From assembly GCA_045659745.1 (NCBI GenBank), contig JAZRCL010000089.1, positions 2,252 through 66,251 of the forward strand: a stretch of 64,000 nucleotides of DNA, in the 5' to 3' direction. This document shows positions 44,331 through 55,150 of the stretch, piece by piece. The first letter of the stretch is position 1, and the number at the start of each line of letters is the position of its first letter. The position numbers and the translations under genes are program-made. The stretch is from Eubacteriales bacterium (lineage in GTDB: Bacteria > Bacillota > Clostridia > Oscillospirales > CAG-272). Below the pieces are notes generated by a model. That model saw only the letters and a program-made list of their open reading frames with translations, did no database searches and was not told where the DNA came from.

Positions 44331-44358
44331 TTTTACAAAAAAAGAGAACACTAAAAGT

Positions 44359-46326
44359 ATGGAAAAATTCATTCTTAAAAGTGAATATCAAGCCTCGGGC
44401 GATCAGCCCGAGGCTATTGAGGGACTGGTGCGCGGCATTCTAGAGGGCAAGCGTATGCAGACCCTTTTGGGCGTCACGGGTTCGGGTAAGACCTTTACTA
44501 TGGCAAACGTTATAGCACAGGTCAACAAGCCCACCCTGGTGCTTGCGCACAACAAAACACTTGCGGCACAGCTCTGCTCGGAATTTCGGGAGTTTTTCCC
44601 CGATAACGCAGTTGAGTATTTCGTGTCTTATTACGATTACTATCAGCCCGAGGCGTACATCCCCGGTAAAGATATGTATATCGAGAAGGACGCGCTTATC
44701 AACGACGAAATAGACAGACTTCGCCATTCGGCTACGAGCGCTCTTTTCGAGAGAAGGGACGTCATTATCGTAGCCTCTGTGTCGTGCATATATTCACTTG
44801 GTGAGCCCGATGAGTACAAGGGACTTGTGTTGGCTCTCCGCCCGGGAATGATAATGTCGCGTGAGGAGCTCATACAGAGACTGGTGGCTATCAGCTATAC
44901 GAGAAACGATATGAGCCTTACGCGAGACAGCTTCCGCGTCCGTGGGGATACTCTTGAGATAATCCCCGCAAATATGGACGACAAAGCTATAAGAATTGAA
45001 TTTTTTGACGACGAAATCGACAGAATATCCGAGGTGAATATCGTGACGGGAGAGCTTGTGCGACTGCTTTCCTACGTTGCAATTTACCCCGCAACTCACT
45101 ATGCCGTATCCGACGAAAAGCGCGAGGCGGCGATAGCGGATATAATGAATGAAATGTACGACCGCGTAGAGTATTTTGAGTCCGAGAATAAGCTTATCGA
45201 GGCGCAGAGAATAAAGGAACGCGTCAAATACGATATGGAGATGCTAAAAGAGATAGGCTTTTGCTCAGGAGTTGAAAACTACTCGCGAGTTCTTGCGCGT
45301 CGCCCGGCGGGCTCGACACCATATACGCTTCTCGACTATTTTCCCGATGACTTTATTATGTTTGTGGATGAGTCGCACGTGACTCTGCCGCAGGCAAGGG
45401 GAATGAGCGGAGGAGACACCGCAAGAAAGAAAAACCTTATCGACTACGGATTCAGACTTCCATCGGCATACGACAACCGACCGCTTTATTTTGAGGAGTT
45501 TGAGTCAAAAATAAATCAGGCGATATTCGTCTCCGCAACGCCCGGAGACTATGAAAACATACACTCGGAACAGACCGTTGAGCAGATAATTCGCCCAACG
45601 GGACTTGTTGACCCCGAGCTCGAGGTGCGTCCCATTGAGGGTCAGATTGACGACCTTATGGGAGAGATACGCGAGCGCACCCAAAAGGGTGAGAGGGTGC
45701 TTGTCACCACTCTTACGAAAAAGATGGCGGAGGACCTTACCGAATATCTTGAAAGCAATGAAATTAAGGTCAGATATATTCATCATAACGTGGACACAAT
45801 GGAGAGAATGGAGATAATCCGAGATTTACGTCTTGGAGTTTTTGACGTTCTCGTTGGAATAAATCTGCTCCGCGAGGGACTTGACATTCCCGAGGTGTCG
45901 CTTGTAGCGATTCTTGACGCGGACAAGGAGGGATTCTTGCGTGCGGAGCGGTCACTCATTCAGACCATAGGACGCGCGGCGAGAAATGCCAGTGGAAAGG
46001 TCATAATGTACGCGGACAGTATAACCAATTCAATGGCGGGCGCGATACGCGAGACCGAGCGCCGCCGTAGTATACAGAAGGCGTACAACGAAGCGCACGG
46101 CATAGTGCCAAAGACCATTATCAAGGGAGTGCGCGACATTATCGATATCGGCGCCACAGAGGATACCTCCAAGAAGAAACAGACTAAATCAAAGAAGATG
46201 ACAGCGCAGGAAAAGGATAAGCTCATCGCATCAATGACGGTGGAGATGAAGAACGCCGCTCGCAAGCTCGACTTCGAGCGCGCGGCATACCTGCGTGACG
46301 AGATAAAGAGAATAAGGGAAGAATAA
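44359..46326 (+). CDS. uvrB: Excinuclease ABC subunit B
   Basis: It has GDQP.AI, Walker [13 protein letters not shown] and a C-terminal UVR domain. I chose the start at 44359 ([10 protein letters not shown]). Confidence 0.97.
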   Translation: MEKFILKSEYQASGDQPEAIEGLVRGILEGKRMQTLLGVTGSGKTFTMANVIAQVNKPTLVLAHNKTLAAQLCSEFREFFPDNAVEYFVSYYDYYQPEAYIPGKDMYIEKDALINDEIDRLRHSATSALFERRDVIIVASVSCIYSLGEPDEYKGLVLALRPGMIMSREELIQRLVAISYTRNDMSLTRDSFRVRGDTLEIIPANMDDKAIRIEFFDDEIDRISEVNIVTGELVRLLSYVAIYPATHYAVSDEKREAAIADIMNEMYDRVEYFESENKLIEAQRIKERVKYDMEMLKEIGFCSGVENYSRVLARRPAGSTPYTLLDYFPDDFIMFVDESHVTLPQARGMSGGDTARKKNLIDYGFRLPSAYDNRPLYFEEFESKINQAIFVSATPGDYENIHSEQTVEQIIRPTGLVDPELEVRPIEGQIDDLMGEIRERTQKGERVLVTTLTKKMAEDLTEYLESNEIKVRYIHHNVDTMERMEIIRDLRLGVFDVLVGINLLREGLDIPEVSLVAILDADKEGFLRAERSLIQTIGRAARNASGKVIMYADSITNSMAGAIRETERRRSIQKAYNEAHGIVPKTIIKGVRDIIDIGATEDTSKKKQTKSKKMTAQEKDKLIASMTVEMKNAARKLDFERAAYLRDEIKRIREE

Positions 46327-49157
46327 TGGCAAAACAGATTACTATAAGAGGAGCGAGGGTACACAACCTCAAAAATATTGACGTGGATATACCGCGTGAC
46401 AAGCTCGTTGTGCTTTCGGGACTGTCGGGAAGCGGCAAGTCGTCGCTTGCCTTTGACACGGTCTACGCCGAAGGACACAGACGATTTGTGGAGTCACTCT
46501 CGAGCTATGCGAGAATGTTTCTCGGTCAGCTGGACAAGCCCGACGTGGATATTATTGAAGGACTTTCTCCGTCAATCTCCATAGACCAGAAAACAACGTC
46601 GAAAAACCCCCGTTCCACAGTCGGAACGGTGACTGAAATATACGACTATCTGCGTTTGCTCTATGCCAGAATTGGCGTGCCACACTGTCCTGTCTGCGGC
46701 AAGGAGATAAGACAGCAGAGCGTTGACCAGATAATTGAGCGCGTGACAGCACTCCCCGATGGTGAGAGATTTATGATACTCGCACCCGTTGTTCGAGCGC
46801 AAAAGGGAATGCACGAAAAGGTGCTGTCCGACGCAAAAAAGAGCGGATATGCGCGTGTGAGAATTGATGGCAGTATTTACGACTTGTCCGAAGAAATAAA
46901 GCTTGACAAGAACAAAAAGCATTCCATAGAGATAGTGGTTGACCGTCTTGTTATGAAGGACGGAATACGCTCGCGTCTTGCTGATTCTGTAGAGAGCGCG
47001 CTTTCGGCGGCAGACGGACATCTGCTCGTCGTCACGCTTCCCAGAGACGGTAGCGAGGGCGAGGAATTGAGCTTTTCGCAGTCTTATGCCTGCGAGGAGC
47101 ACGGTATATCCGTCGGCGAGCTTGAGCCGAGAATGTTCTCATTTAACAACCCGCAGGGAGCTTGCCCACACTGTTCGGGACTTGGCGACACAAGACGAAT
47201 CGCGCTGGATAGGGTTATACCTGATAAGTCTTTGTCACTGCGCGAGGGTGCGATAAACGTAAACGGATTCAAGAGCCTTGAGGACGAGAGTTGGAACGGA
47301 CCGCTTTTCTCGGCGGTCGGTGAAAAATTTGGATTTGACCTCAACACTCCAGTAAAGGACTTTTCGGATAAGGCTTATGACGTACTGATGTACGGAAGCG
47401 GCGTGGAAAAATACGACGTCGTAAGATATTTCGGCGGCGAGGCGCACAGACGTCTTGCATCGTTTGACGGCGTAATCCCCATGATCGAGCAGAGAATGGC
47501 AATGGGTATGGCTGCGGAATATTACGAGCAGTTTGTTGAAGAAGCACCCTGTGCGTACTGCCATGGACAAAGACTCAACCCGCTTTCGCTTGCGGTGACT
47601 GTCGGCGGCATAAATCTGCACGAGTTCTGCACAATGTCGGTTGAAAAGGAGCTTGAGTTTGTAAATAACCTCACCCTGACTGAGACCGAGCAGGAAATAT
47701 CCCGCGAGATACTCAAGGAGATAAGAGCAAGGCTTGGCTTCCTTGTCAGCGTTGGACTCGAGTATCTCACACTCTCGCGTAAAGCGGGAACACTCTCGGG
47801 AGGTGAAGCGCAGAGAATAAGACTTGCCACACAGATAGGATCATCTCTTGTTGGCGTGCTTTATATACTTGACGAGCCAAGTATCGGACTCCATCAGAGA
47901 GATAACTCCAAGCTCATAGCAACGCTCAAACGCTTACGCGATATAGGAAATACAGTTATCGTAGTTGAGCACGACGAGGAGACTATGGAGGAGTCGGATT
48001 ATATAGTTGACATTGGCCCCGGCGCGGGAATCCACGGCGGTCACGTGGTCGCCGCGGGTACTCCCGACGAGGTAAAAAACAATCCCCAGTCTATCACAGG
48101 CGCATATCTGTCGGGCAGAAAAAAGATAGAAATTCCCCAAAGCAGACGCGAGGGCAACGGTAATTTTCTGACCGTCAAGGGCGCTTGTCACAATAATCTT
48201 AAATGTATTGACGTGGATATTCCGCTTGGCAAATTCGTTTGCGTGACGGGTGTTTCGGGCTCGGGTAAATCCTCGCTTGTAAACGGCATAATTTATCCCA
48301 AGCTCGCGCACGAACTCAACCGCGCTATTTCTTATCCGGGCAAGAACAATGGGGTTGAAGGACTTGAAAAACTTGACAAGGTCATTTGTATAGATCAGAG
48401 CCCTATAGGACGTACGCCGCGCTCAAACCCTGCAACATACACGGGGCTGTTCACGGACATACGCGACCTTTTTGCGCAGACCAAGGATGCAAAGGCGAAG
48501 GGTTATAGTGCAGGCAGATTTTCCTTTAACGTAAAGGGCGGCAGATGCGAAGCCTGCGAGGGCGACGGCGTAAAGTGCATCGAGATGCACTTCTTGCCTG
48601 ACGTTTATGTGACCTGCGACGTCTGCAAGGGAAAGAGATACAACCGCGATACCCTTGAGGTAAAATACAAGGGCAAAAATATCTTTGATGTGCTTGATAT
48701 GACAGTCGAGGAGGGAATACCCTTCTTTGACGGACTTCCCAAGATTCAGCGCAAGCTACAGACACTTTACGACGTTGGACTTGGATACGTAAAGATAGGA
48801 CAGTCGTCAACGACCTTGTCCGGTGGCGAGGCGCAGAGAGTAAAGCTTGCGACAGAACTTTCAAAGCGTAGCACGGGTAAGACTATTTATATACTTGATG
48901 AGCCCACCACGGGACTCCATACGCATGACGTTGCAAAGCTTTTGGAGGTGCTAAACCGCATCTGCGACGGCGGAAATACCGTGCTTGTAATTGAGCATAA
49001 TCTTGACGTAATAAAAACCGCAGACCATATCATCGACCTCGGTCCCGAGGGAGGTGACGGAGGTGGAACAGTCGTTGCCACTGGTACGCCCGAGGAGGTT
49101 GCAAGAGTACAAGGCTCTTATACCGGTCAGTATTTGAAGAAGATATTGGATAAATGA
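46326..49157 (+). CDS. uvrA: Excinuclease ABC subunit A
   Basis: 943 aa. It has two ABC modules ([23 protein letters not shown], and LSGGEAQR twice) and zinc fingers. Confidence 0.97.
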   Translation: MAKQITIRGARVHNLKNIDVDIPRDKLVVLSGLSGSGKSSLAFDTVYAEGHRRFVESLSSYARMFLGQLDKPDVDIIEGLSPSISIDQKTTSKNPRSTVGTVTEIYDYLRLLYARIGVPHCPVCGKEIRQQSVDQIIERVTALPDGERFMILAPVVRAQKGMHEKVLSDAKKSGYARVRIDGSIYDLSEEIKLDKNKKHSIEIVVDRLVMKDGIRSRLADSVESALSAADGHLLVVTLPRDGSEGEELSFSQSYACEEHGISVGELEPRMFSFNNPQGACPHCSGLGDTRRIALDRVIPDKSLSLREGAINVNGFKSLEDESWNGPLFSAVGEKFGFDLNTPVKDFSDKAYDVLMYGSGVEKYDVVRYFGGEAHRRLASFDGVIPMIEQRMAMGMAAEYYEQFVEEAPCAYCHGQRLNPLSLAVTVGGINLHEFCTMSVEKELEFVNNLTLTETEQEISREILKEIRARLGFLVSVGLEYLTLSRKAGTLSGGEAQRIRLATQIGSSLVGVLYILDEPSIGLHQRDNSKLIATLKRLRDIGNTVIVVEHDEETMEESDYIVDIGPGAGIHGGHVVAAGTPDEVKNNPQSITGAYLSGRKKIEIPQSRREGNGNFLTVKGACHNNLKCIDVDIPLGKFVCVTGVSGSGKSSLVNGIIYPKLAHELNRAISYPGKNNGVEGLEKLDKVICIDQSPIGRTPRSNPATYTGLFTDIRDLFAQTKDAKAKGYSAGRFSFNVKGGRCEACEGDGVKCIEMHFLPDVYVTCDVCKGKRYNRDTLEVKYKGKNIFDVLDMTVEEGIPFFDGLPKIQRKLQTLYDVGLGYVKIGQSSTTLSGGEAQRVKLATELSKRSTGKTIYILDEPTTGLHTHDVAKLLEVLNRICDGGNTVLVIEHNLDVIKTADHIIDLGPEGGDGGGTVVATGTPEEVARVQGSYTGQYLKKILDK

Positions 49158-49420
49158 TTTTTATGATACTTTGTCAATAGCGACAAAGTATCCAAAACGC
49201 CACTTAGGAAGGGGAGGATGTCCTAATTTTTCTACCGAAAAATTTTTGCTTTGCAAAACGGACGACCCCCTCGCCCTTCCTAAGAACCATCCCCACCCCA
49301 GCGCGCCTTCGGCGCTAAGCGTTTGTGTGGGTGGGTTTCAAAAGGGCGGGAGGAATCGCAACCTCCCCCCCTTTGCGGCGGTTTTTGCTATACTTTTTGG
49401 CGCTGTTGCCAAAAAGTATA
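49150..49420 (+). repeat. Multi-hairpin intergenic element, copy B
   Basis: Terminal hairpins lie at 49165-49192 and 49389-49420. A long hairpin spans 49203-49284, and another lies at 49339-49375. Copy B shares the 13-mer (49150-49162), 22-mer (49224-49245) and 20-mer (49348-49367) with copy A. Confidence 0.7.
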
Positions 49421-49500
49421 AATATAAAACGAAAAACTTATAGACACACAAGCAAAAAAGTGCTATAATTACCTTGATAAAAAACAAATAGGAAACCAAA

Positions 49501-50271
49501 ATGCTCAACTCCTACCATAACCACACATGCCGCTGCAACCACGCAAGCGGAAGTGAAAGAGAATTCATTGAAAAGGCTATTGCCTCGGGCATAAAAACTC
49601 TCGGCTTTTCCGACCACGCGCCTATGCCGTTTGAAGACGGATACTACTCGCACTTCCGTATGAAACTCAATGAAACAGACGGATATATCAAAACCCTTGA
49701 GGCCCTGCGCGATGAATACAAAAACGATATAAAAATTCATATCGGCTTTGAAGCAGAATACTATCCCGAAATATTCCCCCGAATGATAGAATTTCTATCA
49801 GACTACCCATACGAGTATCTCATTCTCGGTCAGCACGCGCTTGGCAACGAGCAAAACGACCACTACTGCTCAAGAAAAACCACCGACAAAACACATCTGT
49901 CGCGCTACGTTGACCAAGTGATAGAAGGATTTTCAACAGGGCATTTTATCTATATCGCCCACCCCGATATATTGAATTATGTGGGTGACGATGACTTTTA
50001 CAGAGCCGAGATGAGCCGACTTTGCAAGTCAGCAAAGGAGAATGATATACCTCTTGAAATAAATATTCTCGGTATGCGCGAGGGCAGAAATTATCCCAAT
50101 TTTGAGTTCTGGAAAATAGCCGCAGAGCATGGCTGTACTGCAATCCTCGGTCAAGACGCACACCACGTACCCGACGTCACAGCTCCTGAAACCGAGCAAA
50201 GAGCAATAGAGCTTGCACGTCAAGTCGGAATAAATATAATTCAGTCCCTCGAGGACAGATTGGAAAAATAA
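49501..50271 (+). CDS. PHP-family histidinol-phosphatase (HisJ-like)
   Basis: 256 aa. It has an N-terminal H.H motif (SYHNHT), GFSDHAP and further metal-binding His/Asp motifs of the PHP fold. Confidence 0.8.
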   Translation: MLNSYHNHTCRCNHASGSEREFIEKAIASGIKTLGFSDHAPMPFEDGYYSHFRMKLNETDGYIKTLEALRDEYKNDIKIHIGFEAEYYPEIFPRMIEFLSDYPYEYLILGQHALGNEQNDHYCSRKTTDKTHLSRYVDQVIEGFSTGHFIYIAHPDILNYVGDDDFYRAEMSRLCKSAKENDIPLEINILGMREGRNYPNFEFWKIAAEHGCTAILGQDAHHVPDVTAPETEQRAIELARQVGINIIQSLEDRLEK

Positions 50272-51275
50272 TGATTTACACACCGCTTACAAACAAAGCC
50301 ATAAAGCTTATATACAAAGCCCACGGGGGACAGATTGACAAATCGGGATTGCCGTATGTTTTGCACCCGATACATATCGCGGAGCAGATGAAAGACGAGT
50401 ATTCAACGCTTGTTGCCCTTTTGCACGACACCCTCGAGGATACGGATATTACCCCCGAATATCTCCGTGCAGAATTTCCCGCCGAGGTCTGTGATGCGGT
50501 GGAGCTTTTGACAAAGCCCGCTGACGAGGACTATTTTGACTATATCGAGCGTCTTAAATCAAATGACCTTGCACGCCGTGTAAAGCTCTGCGACCTTGAA
50601 CATAACTGTACGCTATCCCGCTTTGATACAGCCCCCGACGACTATGCATTGGCTCGCCAAGAAAAGTATCTTAAGGCAAGAAAAATTCTGCTTGCAGAGT
50701 CAGGTAAGGGTAGGGCAACTCGCAAAGAAAAAAACCACGATAAGCCACATCCTATAAAGCATTTTCGCACTATAACAAAGCATCGTCATAAGGTCATTTC
50801 CCATTGTTTCCGCGCAGGGATAGGCTGGCAGGGACTTTTCCACGACTTGTCCAAATATACCCCCGTTGAATTCTTCGAGGGAGCGCGTCACTACCTTGGC
50901 ACTCGCAGTCCCAACGAGCGTGCTCGTGAGCTTTACGGACATTCACTTGCGTGGATGCACCATAAGGGAAGAAACAAGCACCATTACGAGTATTGGACGG
51001 ACGTTGACCTTAAATCCAAGCAATACGTACCGATAGAGATGCCTTTGCGCTATGTTACAGAAATGTTCTGCGACAGAGTTGCGGCGAGCAAAATATATCA
51101 GGGCGAAAAATATACCGACCGCTCCGCACTAGACTATTTTCTCCGCGGAAGCGCCAAAAATATAATGCACCCCAATACCGCGGACCTACTCGAGTCCTGG
51201 CTCCGTATGCTTGACGCGCACGGAGAGGAAGAGACCTTTGCGTATATAAAAAGCCTCAACAAATCAAAATCATAA
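50271..51275 (+). CDS. Fusion protein: RelA/SpoT-type HD (ppGpp-hydrolase-like) domain plus DUF5662-like domain
   Basis: The N-terminus has AHGGQ.DKSGLPYVLHP and LHDTLEDT. The C-terminus has KHRHKV, FHDLSKY and HHKGRNKHHYEYW, which match my memory of DUF5662. Confidence 0.7.
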   Translation: MIYTPLTNKAIKLIYKAHGGQIDKSGLPYVLHPIHIAEQMKDEYSTLVALLHDTLEDTDITPEYLRAEFPAEVCDAVELLTKPADEDYFDYIERLKSNDLARRVKLCDLEHNCTLSRFDTAPDDYALARQEKYLKARKILLAESGKGRATRKEKNHDKPHPIKHFRTITKHRHKVISHCFRAGIGWQGLFHDLSKYTPVEFFEGARHYLGTRSPNERARELYGHSLAWMHHKGRNKHHYEYWTDVDLKSKQYVPIEMPLRYVTEMFCDRVAASKIYQGEKYTDRSALDYFLRGSAKNIMHPNTADLLESWLRMLDAHGEEETFAYIKSLNKSKS

Positions 51276-51282
51276 AAAACAT

Positions 51283-51326
51283 AAGCTCCTCATACTATTA
51301 TGTAGATAATAGAGAGGAGCTTTTTT
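51283..51326 (+). terminator. Terminator-like hairpin whose 3' arm carries the Shine-Dalgarno of the next gene
   Basis: Stem aagctcctc (51283-51291) pairs with gaggagctt (51314-51322). TTTTTT follows and runs directly into the ATG at 51327. Confidence 0.65.
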
Positions 51327-52520
51327 ATGAAATTTAAGAAATTTTTATGTCTTTTTATGACCGTTATTATTCTTATTTGTCCGCTTTCAATCAATGCAAC
51401 TGACTATGAAATGCCCATAAACGACGATGCACTTTACACATCGGCAGGTGTGTCAGTTGAGGGAAACGAATTTGACTGCAAGAGCGTTATACTTATGGAG
51501 GCCAACACAGGAAAAATAATCTATACCCAAAACGCCGACGAGGCTCTGCCTCCCGCATCCGTCACCAAAGTAATGACGCTTTTGCTCGTAATGGAAGCCA
51601 TAGACGTAGGTAAAATAAAGCTTGACGATATGGTATCCGTCAGCGAGCGTGCGGCATCGATGGGGGGCTCGCAAATATTTCTTGAGGTTGGCGAGCAGAT
51701 GAGCGTGGAGGATATGCTCAAGAGTGTTATAATTGCGTCTGCTAATGACGCGGCTTGCGCCCTTGCCGAGTTCTGTGAGGGTAGTGAGGCGGCTTTCGTT
51801 GAAAAAATGAACAAAAAAGCCACAGATCTTGGAATGAAAAACACGCATTTTGAGAACACAAACGGTCTTGACGACACGGCGGAGAACCACGTCACATCCG
51901 CGCGTGACATAGCAATTATGTCGCGTGAGCTTATAAAGCATGAAAAAATACTTGAGTACAGCTCGATATGGATGGATACCGTCCGTGACGGTGCGTTTGG
52001 GCTGACAAACACAAACCGTCTCGTGCGCTATTATCAGGGCTGTACGGGACTTAAAACAGGCTCGACCGACAAAGCAGGCTTTTGTATCAGTGCGACTGCC
52101 GAAAGAAACGGAGTCTCACTTATCTGCGTAGTTATGGGTGCGCCGACCAGAGATATAAGAAACAACATAGCAACGACTCTGTTCGACCGAGGTTTTGCAA
52201 AATACGAGATGTATTCTTCTGATGGCGACACTATTGAAAATATCAGAATGCTTGGTTCAAAGGACAGATTCGCCACGCTTGAATATCCTCAGTTTACTTA
52301 TCTCGCAGACAAAGGAACGTCGTTCAAGATTACTAAGAATTTGGTTTTGAATGACAATATCTGCGCTCCGCTCTCAAAGGGTGACGTTGTGGGCAAGGTG
52401 AAATATATGCTTGACGGCAAGGAGATAGGCAGTGTTGACGTTGTAGTATGTGACGACGTGGAAAGAATAGGGTATTATACACTTATTTTTAGAGCATTTT
52501 CGCGTTTTTTTCTTAAATAA
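51327..52520 (+). CDS. D-alanyl-D-alanine carboxypeptidase (PBP5 family, DacB/DacF-like)
   Basis: It has a signal peptide and the motifs SxxK (ASVTKVM), SxN (SANDAA) and KTG (KTGST). Confidence 0.9.
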   Translation: MKFKKFLCLFMTVIILICPLSINATDYEMPINDDALYTSAGVSVEGNEFDCKSVILMEANTGKIIYTQNADEALPPASVTKVMTLLLVMEAIDVGKIKLDDMVSVSERAASMGGSQIFLEVGEQMSVEDMLKSVIIASANDAACALAEFCEGSEAAFVEKMNKKATDLGMKNTHFENTNGLDDTAENHVTSARDIAIMSRELIKHEKILEYSSIWMDTVRDGAFGLTNTNRLVRYYQGCTGLKTGSTDKAGFCISATAERNGVSLICVVMGAPTRDIRNNIATTLFDRGFAKYEMYSSDGDTIENIRMLGSKDRFATLEYPQFTYLADKGTSFKITKNLVLNDNICAPLSKGDVVGKVKYMLDGKEIGSVDVVVCDDVERIGYYTLIFRAFSRFFLK

Positions 52521-52545
52521 AGCATAAATAAAGCATAATAAACTA

Positions 52546-52574
52546 TTGCAAAAAATTCACGAGCATGATATAAT
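52546..52574 (+). promoter_or_regulatory. Sigma-A-type promoter for pgi
   Basis: TTGCAA (52546-52551), 17 nt, TATAAT (52569-52574). Confidence 0.6.
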
Positions 52575-52605
52575 GAAATCAGTAAATTGAAAGGAATTTT
52601 GTAAA

Positions 52606-53943
52606 ATGTCAGTTAAGTTAAACGATAAGTATCTTGGCGGATTTATAGAATCCCACGAATATGAGGGCATACGTCCTCTCGTCAGCGCAGCTCACGAGCA
52701 GATAGTAAACAGAAACGGCGCAGGAAATGATTTTCTCGGTTGGGTTGACCTTCCCGAAAATTACGACAAGGAAGAGTTTGCTCGCATAAAAGTTGCGGCT
52801 GAAAAAATCAAAAAAAGCTGTGACGTATTTATTGTTATCGGTATCGGCGGATCGTACCTCGGTGCTCGCGCGGTTATCGAATTTCTCAAGTCCCCCAACT
52901 ATAACAATGTAAAAAAGGACACTCCTGACATATACTTTGCAGGTTGTGATATAAGCGCGGCTTCGATTGCTGAGCTTGTAGAGATATGCGAGGGACGTGA
53001 CGTTTGTATCAATGTTATTTCCAAATCCGGAACGACAACAGAGCCGGCGGTAGCATTCAGAGTTTTCCGCGGGATGCTTGAGAAAAAGTATGGCGTTGAG
53101 GGCGCAAAAGAGAGAATTTTTGTGACCACAGACAAGGCGCGCGGAACTCTCAAGGGCTTCTCTGACAAGATGGGATACGATACATACGTAGTACCCGACG
53201 ACGTTGGTGGAAGATTTTCGGTTCTCACCGCGGTAGGACTTCTTCCCATAGCAGTCGCAGGCATCGATATTGACGCTCTTATGCAGGGCGCGGCAGATGC
53301 GAGAGTTGCTTATTCCGTAAACGATATTGAAAAGAATGACGCATACAGATACGCAGCTATAAGAAATATACTCTATAACAAGGGCAAGACCACCGAAATT
53401 CTTGCGGGATATGAGTCCTATGCGAGAATGTTCAACGAGTGGTTTAAGCAGCTTTACGGCGAGAGCGAGGGCAAGGACAAGAAGGGAATTTTCCCCGCGT
53501 CAGTTATCTTCTCAACAGACCTTCACTCCCTTGGTCAGTATATTCAGGACGGTATGAGAAATCTTTTTGAGACAGTAATTGCTATTGAGGACACAGGTGT
53601 TTCCTTCAATATCCCTTATGACGAGGAGAACATAGACGGACTCAACTTTGTAGCGAATACTGACCTCAACACAGTAAAGAAGCTCGCTATGCAGGGAACG
53701 CTTCTTGCTCACGTTGACGGCGGAGTTCCGAACATTCTTATTGAGGTAGCGGACAGAAGCGCATATTCTATGGGTTATCTTATTTATTTCTTTGAGATAG
53801 CTTGCGCTGTATCGGGATATATGCTCGGTGTAAATCCCTTCAACCAGCCCGGTGTTGAGGCGTACAAGAAGAATATGTTTGCGCTTCTTGGCAAGCCCGG
53901 ATACGAGGAAATGAAGGCCGAACTTGAGGCAAGACTCGGCTAA
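52606..53943 (+). CDS. pgi: Glucose-6-phosphate isomerase
   Basis: 445 aa, the short Firmicute-type PGI. It has [16 protein letters not shown] and GRFSVL. Confidence 0.95.
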   Translation: MSVKLNDKYLGGFIESHEYEGIRPLVSAAHEQIVNRNGAGNDFLGWVDLPENYDKEEFARIKVAAEKIKKSCDVFIVIGIGGSYLGARAVIEFLKSPNYNNVKKDTPDIYFAGCDISAASIAELVEICEGRDVCINVISKSGTTTEPAVAFRVFRGMLEKKYGVEGAKERIFVTTDKARGTLKGFSDKMGYDTYVVPDDVGGRFSVLTAVGLLPIAVAGIDIDALMQGAADARVAYSVNDIEKNDAYRYAAIRNILYNKGKTTEILAGYESYARMFNEWFKQLYGESEGKDKKGIFPASVIFSTDLHSLGQYIQDGMRNLFETVIAIEDTGVSFNIPYDEENIDGLNFVANTDLNTVKKLAMQGTLLAHVDGGVPNILIEVADRSAYSMGYLIYFFEIACAVSGYMLGVNPFNQPGVEAYKKNMFALLGKPGYEEMKAELEARLG

Positions 53944-53999
53944 TGCTCAAAATGCGGCAATTTATTGCAAAAAAAATGAATAAATTGTACTAATAGCAC

Positions 54000-54028
54000 T
54001 TGAAAAATTGTAATTTTTGTGTTATAAT
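54000..54028 (+). promoter_or_regulatory. Sigma-A-type promoter for the mini P-loop gene
   Basis: TTGAAA (54000-54005), 17 nt, TATAAT (54023-54028). Confidence 0.6.
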
Positions 54029-54125
54029 ATGAAAAACAAGACCTAGACCGCATATGCTTTGGTCAAGGTAATGGAGATTTTAAATACTTATATAAAGCCG
54101 CGCTTGCGCGACGAGGAGGTTAATT

Positions 54126-54533
54126 ATGTTAAAGCTTATCATTGGTGTTAAGGGAACGGGTAAGACCAAGGACCTTATTGCAAGAGTAAACGAAGCATCG
54201 GAAAAGTCCGAAGGCACTGTTGTATGTATTGAAAAGGGAATTGGACTTCGTTTTGACGTTAAATACAGCGTAAGACTTATAAATACAAACGAATACCTTA
54301 TTTTTGATGCAGATGCTCTTTACGGCTTCATCGCTGGTATTCTTGCAAGCAATCACGACGTGACCGACGTATTCGTTGACTCTGCGCTCAAGATCGCTAA
54401 CAACGACATCGTTGCATTTGACACGTTCGTTAAGGAGGTTGACGAGCTTTCTAACAACCTCAACGTAAATATCGTTATGACGTCTTCTATCCCCGCTGAA
54501 GAAGCAAGCGATATAGTTAAGAAGTACCTCTAA
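54126..54533 (+). CDS. Hypothetical small P-loop NTPase-like protein
   Basis: 135 aa. It has a Walker A-like GVKGTGKT at residues 7-14, a possible Walker B at YLIFDAD, and a strong RBS gaggagg. Confidence 0.55.
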   Translation: MLKLIIGVKGTGKTKDLIARVNEASEKSEGTVVCIEKGIGLRFDVKYSVRLINTNEYLIFDADALYGFIAGILASNHDVTDVFVDSALKIANNDIVAFDTFVKEVDELSNNLNVNIVMTSSIPAEEASDIVKKYL

Positions 54534-54547
54534 TACTTAAAATGCAT

Positions 54548-54592
54548 CCTTTCCGCTCTGCGCTTTCGCGCAGGGCGGAGGGTATTTTTTAC
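54548..54592 (+). terminator. Rho-independent terminator after the mini P-loop gene
   Basis: A stem of about 15 bp (cctttccgctctgcgc/gcgcagggcggaggg) is followed by a T-run. Confidence 0.8.
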
Positions 54593-54667
54593 ATTTTTTG
54601 AAGAGCTCGGGGATATTCTCCGAGTCTTTGTTTTATAAGGATTTTTCAAATTGAAAGGCAGAAAAAC

Positions 54668-55150
54668 ATGAATACTCAGATTTTGAATTTGCTCGCGAAA
54701 AATGCGCGCTATACGGTAGAAGATCTCGCTGTTATGACGGGACTTGATCAGTCTGCAGTTGAGGCGGAGATAAAGGAGCTTGAGGTTGCGGGACTTATCC
54801 GCGGATACAAGACGGTTATTGACTGGGAAAGACTTGATAACGCATATGTTTCTGCCGTTATTGAGCTTAAGGTCATTCCTCAGGATGAGTATGGCTTTGA
54901 AAAGGTCGCTGAAAATATTATGAAATACGACGAGGTGGAGTCTGTCTATCTTATGTCGGGAACGTATGACCTTTGCGTAATAGTTAAGGGCAGGACCTTC
55001 CACGAGGTGGCTATGTTCGTTGCAAAGGAGCTTGCGACAAAGCGCGAGATAACTTCTACTGCAACTCATTTTGTGCTTCGCAGATACAAGGAGCTTGACG
55101 TTGAGCTTGTAAATACAGAAAAAGATGAAAGAGGAGCATACTCCTTATGA
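54668..55150 (+). CDS. Lrp/AsnC family transcriptional regulator
   Basis: 160 aa with an N-terminal HTH (NARYTVEDLAVMTGL) and a C-terminal RAM domain. Confidence 0.9.
   Translation: MNTQILNLLAKNARYTVEDLAVMTGLDQSAVEAEIKELEVAGLIRGYKTVIDWERLDNAYVSAVIELKVIPQDEYGFEKVAENIMKYDEVESVYLMSGTYDLCVIVKGRTFHEVAMFVAKELATKREITSTATHFVLRRYKELDVELVNTEKDERGAYSL

Noticed and set aside
40556-44358. A LexA (Cheo box, GAAC-N4-GTTC) operator upstream of uvrC, uvrB or uvrA.
   Set aside because: I read the spacers before uvrC (40556-40631), rsmD, the 43713 gene and uvrB, and found no GAAC-N4-GTTC-like palindrome.
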